A stretch of 64,000 nucleotides of DNA from Fistulifera solaris (taxonomy: Eukaryota): positions 806,001 through 870,000 of the forward strand of contig AP026124.1 of assembly GCA_030295235.1 (NCBI GenBank), written 5' to 3'. The notes under the pieces are model-generated. The model worked only from the letters and a program-made list of their open reading frames with translations, did not search any database and was not told the origin of the DNA. This document shows positions 20,470 through 32,600 of this stretch, piece after piece. A program made the position numbers and the translations under genes. How positions within the stretch are numbered: position 1 is the first letter of the stretch; the number at the start of each line of letters is the position of its first letter.

Positions 20470-23400
20470 TTAATGCCTAGATTTCTCCCATCCGACTCCT
20501 ACTCTTTCCGGCTGTCTTTTTGTCCCTCCTTCTCCTTTACCTTGTTTAACTAGTTTACCCCCAACAATTTTAAACGCTGGTTTCTCGATCTTTGTCGGAG
20601 GCGGTGACGAAGCATCGTTCTTCACCAGTTTACCATTTTTGATGACAAAACTTGACTTGGCTTTAGCTGATTTTTTGGAAGCACTTTTACCCCACTCTCC
20701 GTCGTCGGCTAGGACTATATCAGATCCGCGAACGGCAAATTTACTAGACTTTGTATCCGTCGTCGCCTTGCTGCTTGATTTTGTTATAGCTTTGGTTGCC
20801 TTGCCTTTGCCGGGCTTATCACCTTTGGTAGCAGGCTTAGCTTTTGCTTCAGATTTACCTTTAACATCTCTTTCGCTACTTTTCATTTTGGCCTTTTCTG
20901 GTTTCTTAGGCGAAAGAGCCGGACTGACTTTCTCACCAAAATCGGTCACTTTCCTCTTCGGTTCAAAGTTCCCAGGTTTTCCTCCTTGTAACAACCTCGT
21001 TGAGTTCTTGTCAGTGGACTCGTCATCGCTCTCCATCGTGTCGCTCGAGCTACTATCTTCGGAATCATCGGTTGTCTGGGCTGGTACACGTGGTATTGGT
21101 GCATTACTGGACTTGAGCGTAGATCGTGCATTGGACGTCGAAGCAACGGGGTCGCTATCCTCTTCACTTTCGTCACTGCTGTCTTCCAATGATCCCGCAA
21201 TAGTTTTTGTAATTGCCACGGATTTCCTGTGTTCATTATTTGTTTCGCCGACGTCTTCTTCATCATCGTCGTCGTCATCGTCATCGCTACTTGAATCAGC
21301 CTTAAAGACTTTTGTTGATGTTCCTGGAGTAGCCCGGACTTCCAAAGTTGTTGTTTCCCGATTTGATCCTGTAGCTTCTGCTGATCTTTCTTGAGTGTGG
21401 TCTTCCTCTTCGCTACTCGAATCGCTATCGTCGTCAGGTTTAGATGATGAAAATGGGACTGAGTTTAATGCCTGCGATTCCGCCGTTTTTTCCTTGTCGT
21501 CGTCTTCGTCGCTACTGGAATCGCTATCGTCGTCGGCTTTGGATGATGAGGAAAACGGGACTGACATCGACGTCGGGACTTCCGCTTTTCTCTTGTCGTT
21601 GTCTTCATCGCTACTGGAATCGCTATCGTCGTCTTTGGGTGATGAGAATGGGGCTGACCTTGATGCTTGTGGTTCCGCTTTCTTCTTGTTGTCTTCTTCG
21701 TCGCTAGAGGAATCGCTATCGTTGTCGGTTTTGGATGACGAGAACGGAACTGATTTTGATGCCTGCAGTACCGCCGTCTTTACCTTGTCGACGTCGTCAT
21801 CGCTACTGGGATTGCTATCGTTGTCGGTTTTCGAGGATGAAAACGGAGCTGGCCTTGTTACCTGAACTTCTCCCTTTCCCTTGTCGTCGTCTTCGTCGCT
21901 TCTGGAATCATTATCGTCATCCGCCTTGGTAGTCGAGAACGGGACTGACTTCGACGTCGGCACTTCAGCTTTTTCCTTGTCGTCTTCATCACTACCGGAA
22001 TTGATATCGTCGTCGGCTTTGGATGTCGAAAATGGGGCTGACCTTGACAGCTGCGGTTCCGCTTTTCCATTGTCGTCTTCTTGGTCGCTATTGGAATCGC
22101 TGTTGTCGGCTTTGGGTGATAAAGAAAACGCGGCGGGTTTTGCTACCTGAGCTTCTGTCTTTCCCTTTTCATCGTCTTCGTCGCTACTAGATTCGCTGTC
22201 GTCGTCGGATTTTGATGAAACCAATGGAGCTCGTGGTGCAGACTTGTTGGTTGCATCACTTTGATCAAGTTCTTCTGTGTGACCCATGGTAGAGCTCTCA
22301 TGCGGGAGCTCTGCGGCCAAATTCCTGCTTACAGGATCGAAAGTGAAACTACCTTCATTGTCCTCGCTATCGTCGTCCTCGCTCTTTTTTCTTCCGAGGA
22401 TGCCACGGTAGCGACGACGATGTGTCCGCGAATCGTGTACCCCCGGAAAACGGTTGTCTCAAGCTTGTCGACTCTCCAGAGGTTTCGATGACACTTTCGT
22501 TGGCGTTTCGTGCGCCAATGGTCTTGAACTTTTCAAGAATTCAGGGACAGTCTCCTTGTCGATTACATCACTTGATTGTTCAGCAGCTTTCTTGCGTGCC
22601 TGGGCTTGTAACTTTGCTAGAAAACTCGACACCGGTTTGCCAGGTTTTGATTCTGTTGTTGCTTCGTCTGAACTTTCCTTATCATCCTTCAAAGCGGGTG
22701 CGGATCCTCCAGATTGCTCGAATTGCTCGTGCGTTGCATCACTGGACGCTACAATGACTTTGTCTTTTTCCACAGAGATTTCTTGAACACGGGAGTGATT
22801 GGAATGAGCCATTTCGGGCGGACTTTTGTGAGTAGCCTGAGTTGCTAGCACCGACAGACTCGAAGAGCTTAAGATGCGACTACTGCTTGATGTATCCGCC
22901 ATAGATTGTATTACAGCAGTGTCGCTGTCAGAGGTGACATTGGTTGTTACCGTATTTTTCTCTTTGTGGAGCGCGTCTTCTACGAATTCATCTTCCATGA
23001 ACAGAAATGCGTTTGCAGACAAGGGAGTCGACGGCAACATGTTTCTATGAGGAACTCCAGCCCCCAGAGACTCTTTGTGTGCTGATATCTGGGTTCTTTC
23101 AATTTTCTCTTCAGGCCTAGTGATCATGAAAAGCAAATCGTCCACATTGGCTTCTGGGACTGATGACGCGGCCGCTTCTATAGTCGACAATTCGATATCT
23201 TTTAATGTCAGCAAGACTCCATCAGTTTGAGTTTCAACTTCGCAAGGAATAAAGTCGCTATTCATTTTGTGTGTTGTTTCAGTTTGCGTCTCGGCGTTAA
23301 CCAGTAAGTCTGAAATGGTTAAGTGAAGCTCAGTTTGGGCTTGAGTATCTTTCACCTCTTTCATGTCTGTTTGACATTCTCTGTCAATTCTGTCGTAGTC

Positions 23401-25979
23401 AGTTTGTGTCTCAACATCGGCTCTCTCCATTGAATGCGATGCATTTATCCACTCTCCCGCTTCTCCTATTGACGCACGGCGTAATCCATTCTTTAAACCT
23501 GCCTTCAAAAATTCTTTCGAGGGAGGAAAAAGGGGCAACGAGTCTGTAGTGAAAGGGGGTGTTTTCATTGGACTGTTCACCGAAGAAGCGAATAGGACTG
23601 GAGAAAGCGCGTATGCGTTTAGAGAGCTCGGCTATCTCGTCACGTAAAGATTATCGACTCGTTCTTTCTCAAGAACGAGAGAAGTATTTTGCTTGATGCT
23701 TCAGTATAGGTATTTTCAAGGTGAAGAATCCGATTATCTCTTTCTCGGATCATTGCTTGAAGAGACTTGCCAGTCATGTGCATCTCGTTCATCTTCCAGA
23801 TGACAGCACTCAAGTCGTGCTCTTTCTTTTCAAGCTGATCTTTCACAAATTTACTTTCCTTTAAGCTTTTTAACCGCTCCAGGGCCGCAGCCACGCCAAC
23901 ACTTTTGTAAGCGTTTCAACTTTCTCTTTCTCCTCCACAAGGGATCTTTCAAGATGACTGGCTTTTTTCTGAAAGAGACAACAGCTCTGATTCGAGATCA
24001 TTTTCTCGCATTTCCAAATACTTTCCAGCTGGGGTAATGTGAAGTCGCTGCCTCGCTTCAACGTGTTGAGGTTTGTCTCTTACGATCGCAGATTTAGAAA
24101 CTGACGCCGCTTCGTTCAAAAATGCTTTCGACTGCATCATCTTAATGGCACCGTCGGAACTCCTAGCCATTGCTTCGGGACTTGTTTTAAAATATGGATC
24201 AATATCACCACCAACTTCATTTTGCTCTAGAAGTCCACTTTCAACCATAAGACTATCAATGTCAAGCAGCTTGTCAAGACTAGGCGCGCCAGGAACTTGC
24301 TGAATGATTTGGCTGACATTCCCGCTCCCATCTGCAGCCATTTGTTTACGCAGTCGAAAGTAAAAACGTCGAAATTGTCGAAGAAAGACAACCGCTTCGT
24401 TCTCCCGAAACTGGCTAGTTCGCAAATTGTACTCCGCTTCTTCCTTTTGTGCTTTTGCCACCAAAACTTCGTTCTTCAAACGAGCGAGCTCGGCTTCAGT
24501 AGTTTCTTTCCCTTCCAGCAAGCGAATATTTTGGTCTTTGAGTAATTGAAGGTCGGACTGCATTTGGGTTACACTACTCAGTAATTCGTCCCGAGTTTGT
24601 ACTGCGCGCCGCATTTCGGATCTAAGCTTCATTTGCTCGGTTCTAATCTGATGTTCTGCCTTTGTTTCAATAGTAAATTTGATATCCCGGTGCTCCGTGG
24701 TGGCTTCTGTAATATCTAAAATAACATTTTCCAAAGTTGTGGAAGAAAATCGAGCTCCTGATTTCGACTGAAGTCTGTGACATTCACTTGCGAGAACCCT
24801 CACTAGCTCTTCAAAACGAAGGTTGTTCTCCCTAGCCTCCGTTAATTCCGCGGAACAGTCCTGCCATCGTTCATGGAAGTTAGAAGCAGGTATATTGTGA
24901 ATTGATCGACAAAGTTCACCGAATTTTAACGTGTCGATAGTTTCTTTGGCAGCAGCATCACTGGTCGACGCGGTTAACAAAATCATTGTATGCGATGACC
25001 CACCCAAATAAGGAGACAAGAGTTGAGCAAGTAGAGGAGCCGTAAGTGGCATGGTCACCGGTACACCACTTCTGCGTTCTTCGACAAGTTGTTTCAAAAC
25101 ATGTAAGGAGTTCGACACCCAGGTTTTCTCAGCGCTGCGTTCCGTATTGCGATTCTCGTTCCCAGTCGTCGAGCATTGACTTCCAACGAGGTCACCAATC
25201 AATAATGTGCTGGACTTGACACTCTGAGAGCGCGAATCGTATTGCTCTATTTCCACCTGTATTATCATCGACGAGCGAATCGATTCTCTACATGGGTAGA
25301 TCGACGAGCTCGTCCTTGCAGCATGACCGCGATTTACAGTAGTGATAATATCCCCAGCACTCAAACAAGAAAGACGAGAGCATCCTTTTAGTTTTCCCCC
25401 TACCGCACAAACGTGACAAGAGTCGACCAGCAGGTCTCTGAGTCGATCCAAATATATTTCCACGACGGAACAGCGTACAGTAAATTCCACGGCAGGATCC
25501 GCCGACTGAATCGCATCAAACATAGCTCGGGCGAGCCGCGGAACGATTCCGTCTTCTGCTCGGCGCTCATCGACTCCTCTGTCTAAGTCTCCCAGTATTG
25601 AATATGTTTTCCCGGAGCCTTGGGCCCCATACGCAAAAATGGCACAATCGAAACCATCCAGAAGTTGCTGAGGAACGTTAACGCATGTTCTGTGAAAGAC
25701 AACTTCTTGATCGCTGGAAGAGTCAAATACCTTCCCAATGAGAGCAAAGGTTTCGCGTTAGATCCTTGTACGAGGTAATAAATACTTTCAGGTCTTCTAT
25801 TAGTCACTTACGGAATCGAAATCGGTGTGATACTCTCCGACACTGTCGTTCTTGACCGACACCCTCGTTTGGCTGATGGTTTCCGCCGCCGAACCGCATC
25901 CTAACGTCTCTTCCAGTTTGCTAAAAGGTCTCAGTCTGAGAAAGACTTTGACCGGCTCCTTTCGCGCTGCCGTCGCCAT
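20470..25979 (-). CDS. Divergent kinesin-like protein (N-terminal motor, coiled coil, long disordered repeat tail); intron 25731-25811; several frameshifts between ~22380 and ~23980
   Basis: ATG 25979 MATAARKEPVKVFLRLRP...DFDS|GTAAGT intron AAG|VFD...CAIFAYGAQGSGKTYS (P-loop), GIVPR, VEIYLDRLRDLL, YLGGSSHT, ETIDTLKFG. ORFs 23949-25523, 23640-23894, 22459-23580 and 20470-22320 abut on the same strand with no intergenic gaps. Confidence 0.8.
21400..22220 (-). repeat. Coding tandem repeat, ~9 copies of ~32 aa (PFSSSKxDDDSDSSSDEDDDKxKAE...) in the kinesin tail
   Basis: Seen directly in ORF 20470-22320; DNA motif CGCTACTGGAATCGCTATCGTCGTC recurs about every 96 nt. Confidence 0.9.
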
Positions 25980-26601
25980 GGTATGATGCGTTTTGTTTGC
26001 AGGAAGCTGATGTTCATTAATTACTACCACGTACAGTATTTCTTTTCGTTTTTTCTTTGGACGAATGACCTGGGTACCAGTACGATCACTGTCTTTTGGG
26101 CGGCCGGACGATTTTTTGTCGACCAAAATTTCTCTACCAGGTACTGTCGACAAAATAATACTCCGTACAAAGTAGAATGGTGGATGAATGAGGAAGAAAG
26201 TGGGTACGGAACCGTATGCAAAGAGGAGTCATCCTGGCATCCTGTTGGGATGGGTCATTTTTGGTCTTTCTTCATGGTTTACTTAAGCTCAACCAATACC
26301 GGTTCACGCAAACGGATCTACTATGCACTATCAACTGGATCTTGCCATGGTTCTCATTAGTACTTATTGAGCGAGAGTATATGGTGTTTCCGTCACTGCC
26401 CAAAATAATGATCAAATTGGGACTGGATCGAGCATCGAGCCAGATCATCATCGAACTGCCACCACGCTGAAAAGTTGCGCGAGGATCTGAAATGACCGTT
26501 TTCCGCATAAAATAAACTTCATCTATTGCAGTTTTGTTTATCCGAAAGTAATTATCATTCGTATCTATTGAATATACGATAGATTATCCACCGTTTCGAA
26601 G

Positions 26602-29600
26602 ATGGCAAGTTTTTTTGGATTAGGTGGTCTCGGCTCGAGCGACAAGCGCGAGGAATCTGCTTTGATGGCGCATGACAATCTTGGTAGTGGTGAATTGGGA
26701 AGCTCCACTGCTAAGAAAGTCAAGGACGCATCGAAGAAAAAAGAAAGATAAGAAGAAACTCAAAGGATCGGACGCAGCTCTTCATAATGCTGAACTCGCG
26801 GAAAAAGCGGCTCAGGAAATGAAGAGTGCGATGAGTTGGTGGAAACAGGGCCCTACCGGGGCAGCCGATCTAGCGAAGAATAATGACCTCAGCTGGTTGA
26901 ACGATAAAGTGGAAGACGTGAGCGTGATCAGTAAATTCAGCGTCCCTGACATCGAACAATTCCAGGAAGTCGACAAGAATGTAGACATCATGGCAAACTT
27001 GAAAGATCGTAAGCTCCGTACCTTCAAGTACGATCCGGAAGAAGAGGCCAAACGAGCGAAGGAGAATTGAAGAGCGTACAAACAAGATGTTTGACGCGGT
27101 AAACTGGTGGCAAGCAATGAAACCAGGTAGCGCTGATGTACCGGCTGTTGATGTAAATGCTGGAATTGCAGAGTTTAAGGAATTGGCGCAGTGGTGGGCC
27201 GACAACGGGAACCTGCACAAGACCAACATTAAGGCCAAGCGAGCTGGGAAGATCCGTGGCTACATCAGCAAATACAAAGGCCAGACAGCATATATGGCGG
27301 AGGAAGCCGCAAAGATACACAAGGCGCTTTCGTGGTGGGTGAAGAACGGCCAGCAGTATCAAGTTGATTTGGTTGTGTTCGAAGAAAACGTTGAGAAGCT
27401 GAAGAAAGTCAACTTTTGTTCGATCACTGGCAGCTAAAGAGCCTCCCAGTCCGGATGCATGTCAATCCACTTACAGATCCACGTGGCGCTGAACGATTGG
27501 CACAGAAGCTTGAGACGTCTCTTGCACGCTTTATGGAGAAGGGAGAGTTTCAGTTTTCGAGAATCGAGGCGAATGAAGCAGATCCTTTTCGCCAGATCAA
27601 GCATGAACTCATTCGCATTCAAACTAGCAAGATGGGTCCTGAGCGTGTGTCTGAAGAGGTAGAATCGATCCTGTCGTGGTGGAAGGGGCAAGGAGTGTCC
27701 TTCGATCCTCAGAATCCGAAGTCCCCGGATGATTTTATTATGTTTCAAAAAGCGTGTGAGCTTTTCAAATTCTGGGGGATCGAAGAACCGAAAAATGTTC
27801 CTCTCAGCCGTCTCGTGGAGCTTGAAAAGGAGATTCGCAACTCTATTTCTTTTTGGAACCGCAGCAAAGATGTGGACGACGAGCACTTGGATCCCTTTGA
27901 AATGGAAAAGCTGCGAAAGATCAAGAATGTGTCTATTAATTTGTGTCAATACATGACGGAAAAGCAGACGAAGGACTCTATCAAAACCATTGAAGATATG
28001 ATTGGCTGGTGGCGTCTGAAAGGAGGAAAGTTCAATCCAGATTCCAGCTCTCCTAGTGATCTCAAGCGTTTCGAAGATCTCAAAATGCTGTACACCAGTT
28101 ACCGATGCGGACCAGACCTAGTTGCCGATATGGCAGCCAAAGAGCTCGGAGACGATCTGAACTGGTGGCTTCGCAACAACAAAGGGCTAGATGCAAGCAA
28201 GTATAGCGATGCTGATATGAATAGATTCAAAAGGGTTCAGGGTGCTATGCAGTTGTGGTTGAGTAACGGGAAAAGCAAGCAGCTGCAAGGGAAGGCATTC
28301 AATGACTTATCCGAACCTGATGCCATCAGCTTGGCAAAGGAAATAGTTGACTCAATGGAGTGGTTTAACGAGTCGGGCAAGTCTTACGATGTTAAAGAGG
28401 TGCGCGAAAAGCTCCGAGAGTCTTCTGTGTATTCGAGAGAGGCAAAGGACATGTTAGTTTGGCTCAACGATCCGGAAGGCTTAAAAGGTCTCACTACGAT
28501 CGATCTTGAGCACTTCAAACCGAAAGATCTTGATAAACAGGCGAAAGCCCTGAGAGATCAGATGGACTGGTTCAAGAACGAAGGGAAAAACGTTGGTGTC
28601 GCCGAAATCGACAACGAAGAAAAAGTATCAAAAGGCCCAAAAATTAGCTCAGTGGTGGAATGATCACGGTCGGCCGATCTCGAAGAGCGACGCGAAGGAA
28701 GCTACATCAGCTATTGAGGAGATGTTGGCGGGGGCTCGAAGCGCGAAAGGAGACCCCATGCTCGATAATCCGGCCAGGTTCAATTTTCTCAAGAATCTAT
28801 TAAGTGTCTGGTCACCTGAAAGGTCGTCCGGAAAAGCTCTCGATGAGCAAGTGATGAATGAAATCGAAGAGCATTTAGGATGGTGGCGTCAGACAAAGTT
28901 TCCTATTGACACCAGAAAGCTGTCGGAGCCGGAGAAGGTCCCGGTGCAAAATTTACTGCAACTTGTTCATGCTTTCAGAGCCGCGCGAGCAGGACAGAGA
29001 ACGGAAGACGACACGAGTGACGTTCTAGCCTGGACTCGCGAGTCAAATACGACGATCGAATTAGATTCTCACATAGGAAATGCATTGGAGGATGTCATGG
29101 GCTGGTTTGATGTTCAAGGTGCAAAGGACGTCTCAACATCGCCTCTACCAGTCAGTGCCGAAGAGAAGTTCGAGAAAGTGAAAGAAAATCTCGTGTGGTG
29201 GGAGAGGACCGACCCGTCTGCTCGACCCAGAAAAGGTGAAATCGACCAGCTTTACCTCAAGTTTGACTTATTGCCTCCCCTCAAGGAGTGGTGGTCTCAT
29301 CGTGGCAAGGAGTTCGCTGTCCGTAACGGTCATATGAATCTGGAAGAAGCCAAGGATGTCGATAAGAAGCTGAACGCTGCTTTCTTGTGGCTAGAGAAGA
29401 ACTTAAGGGGTGCTGATATCCCTTCTGGTATCGCCACGGATGTGAACAACATGACCAATGCTTTGGGTTGGCTCAGAGGCAAGGATACTGATGCCGAAAG
29501 TATCATGTCCAAGTCTACATCAGCTGGGAACAAGTTTGCTGCAACGCGCCCCTTGACTGAAGAAGAGAAACGGGCTAAAGAAATGGAAGACGCTTTAAAT

Positions 29601-32600
29601 TGGCTTCGCAACAACGACATGAACTTCGGAGACAAAAACCTTGACATTCAGTCTCTAGCTACTCTTTCGAAAATATCCGAGATTATTCCGGGAGCCAAAA
29701 ACATGGAGAAGAGCGATGTTGAAGCTACGATGGAAAGTGCTTTAGATTGGCTCCGTAGCAACGACGACACAAAAGAATTTAGCTTAGACGACATTTCCGT
29801 CGCATCATGGAAGAAAGGAAGGTCGGCTCTCGGTATTGCTAAGACCGATGAAGAACAGAGGGCCAATGAGATGGCAAGCGCCCTTGACTGGCTGAGAAAC
29901 AACAATGTGGCAGACTCCTACGATGTCGCGTCAGTCAAATCTTTCAAATCGCTTGCCAGTTCCAACTTTCTTGCCAAAATTCCAGAGTCTGGATCCGATG
30001 CCGACAACGGCTTTGGGTGGCTGCGCAATGATAGAGCAGTGCGTGGTTTCGATGACATGTCGGACATGTCTTCTAAGAAAAGTACAGGTCAGCTAGCCCT
30101 TAGACCAAAGACCGCCGAAGAGCTTCGAGCAGCGGAAATGGCAAGCGCGTTGGATTGGCTTCGTACGGAAGTTGTCGATTCCCAGTCTGTGGCAAGTGGT
30201 TTAGGCTCGCTCGCTTCGTTTCAAACAATCGGTGGCGGGAAGATTGGAGATACAAGTGAGATGGCAGCAGCTTTGAACTGGTTACGTCAGAACGACGCTG
30301 GTCTTAGAGGTCTCGACGATCCTTCTGTAGCGTCTTCACGTAGGCTTGGAGGACCAATGACTGAAGCTGAGAAGAAAGCCTTGGAAATGCAGAAAGCTCT
30401 TGACTTGTTTAAGCCCGGTGATGCAAGTGTCGGTGGGATGTCCGCTCCCTCCATGGGATCCTTGGGCCTTAGTCTTGCTGGGGGTGGTGCAGAAAGCTCG
30501 GCTATGGAAGATGCACTAAACTGGTTAAGAGGCTACAAAGGGAATAAAGGTGACGATTTGTCGTCTGCTTCGCAAGCGCGCGGTCCTCGTGGTCCAATGA
30601 CTGACGAAGAGAAGAAGGCAAGTGAAATGCAAAAAGCGCTTGACTTGTTGGAAGTCTAGTAACGCTAGTGTTGGTGGAATGTCCGTTCCTTCTGTAGGGT
30701 CACTAGGGCTAGCAGCGTCTCCAGAGATGGGTGACATCTTTGATAGATTCAAGAAAAGACAACTTGATGACCAGTCTATTGGATCTGCGACTTCGCGTCC
30801 ACCCTTGCCAGAACAGAGAAAATCAAATCAGATATATAGTGCATTGGCCTGGTTAAGAAACAACACGCCAGATATTGAAGATCTCGACATGGACACGCTC
30901 AACGCATTTCGGAACCTCGCTGGATTGCCAATTATGGACGTTGACATATCCATTGATAAGAAATCAAAAGCGATTGATGACGCCCTCGACTGGCTCCGAA
31001 AGAACCCACCCAGTGTCGAGTCGTTGGATGACGAGGCCATAGGTACTTTGGCAACCTTGGCTGGTATTGATATGCCTTCGTTTGACTTCTCTCCCGACGA
31101 CAAGGCACAAGCATTTGACGACGTGCTGGCATGGGTGCGGGCGAACGGTCTTGATGCCAACGACATTGATGATGTAGCACTGGTTAGTTTCGCTAATCTT
31201 GCAGGGCTGAAAATGCCTTCGAAGGGAGCCTTATCTCCTGGTGACAAGAAGAGAGTCTTTCAGGATTCTGTGAGCTGGTTACGTAGTAACGACCCTACGA
31301 TCGAAGACGTACAAGCACTGGATGATGACGCCCTTCAAGCCTTGTTGAAAATTAGTGGAGTTGACATAGCACGAAGAAAACCGGAAAAGCTTTCTGATGG
31401 ACAAAAGGAAAACATCATAGAAGGAGCACTCGATTGGCTCCGAAACAATGATTTCACCCCTAATGTCTTGGACGATGCTATGGTGTCTGCTTTGAGCGAC
31501 TTATCTGGACTCCCTATGCCCACGAGAACTATTTCTGAAAAAGATAAAGTTCGCGCAATGGATGACGCACTCCAATGGCTCCGTCAAAAGAATCAGGACT
31601 TTGGAAAACTCGATGAAGGCAAGCTAGTTGCTCTTGCTGAACTAGCGGGCCTTGCAATGCCACGACGAAAAATAGGTAGCGACGATGAAATAAAAAGAAC
31701 TGTCGTGGAGGGTGCCATGAGTTGGATTCGGGGCAAGAAAGCGAAGCCAAGCGCCGTTGATGATCCAACGTTAGCGGCACTGTGCGATATGGCTGGTTTG
31801 GATCTTCCAGATGTCTTTGTTCCAAGCGAAGATAGAGAAGATGCAATGAGAAACGCCTTGGAATGGCTGAGAAATAACCAACCTGATCTCGAAGATGTCG
31901 ATTTTGACGACACATCCATCTACGCGTTTGCCAATTTGGCCGGACTTGACTTGCCACGAGGCAACTTAAATGACACGCAGAAAAAGGAGGCTGCTTCACA
32001 AGGACTTAAATGGCTAAGGAACAACGATGTAAACCTTGAGGAACTTGATATGCCGAGCTTGACCGCTCTTCTTAACATGGCGCGTGTTGACCTTCCGGCT
32101 GCCGAATTTACAAAGAATGATCGCAAGAAGGTATTCGATGATGTCCTGAAATGGATCCGTTCCAACGCTTCGTCTGAGGTATTCGTCGACGAGCTGCCAG
32201 GTTTGAACGCGCTCCTTGAATTGGCTGGAATGTCTGCTCTCCCTGATAACGATGCCTTGAATCCCGCTGCGCACGCGAAGGCCGCATCAGAGGCACTGGT
32301 ATGGCTCCGTGACCATCAACCGAAGAAAGCAAATGTAAACGACCCTATGCTTTATGAACTTGCAAGACTGGGTGGCATCGACTTGCCAAGGATGGAAGTT
32401 TCGAATGAAAACAAGAAACGGGCAATAGACGATGCTCTGCAATGGTTGCGAGCTAACGACCCTATTGTTGAGGATCTGGACGACGTTGACATAGCCGCCT
32501 TCGCCACCGTTGCCGATATCCCACTTCCTCAAGGAACGTTATCTCGCCATGCAAAGCACCACACAATGGATGCTGCTCTTACTTGGCTCAGGGAAAACAA

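Noticed and set aside
20639..22150. Long Ser/Leu-rich + strand ORFs, and similar - strand ORFs opposite the giant gene
   Set aside because: Antisense shadows of repetitive coding sequence on the other strand.
23470..23530. WH2-like actin-binding motif (KEFLKAGLKNGLRRA) in the kinesin tail
   Set aside because: Match to the WH2 consensus is too weak to support.
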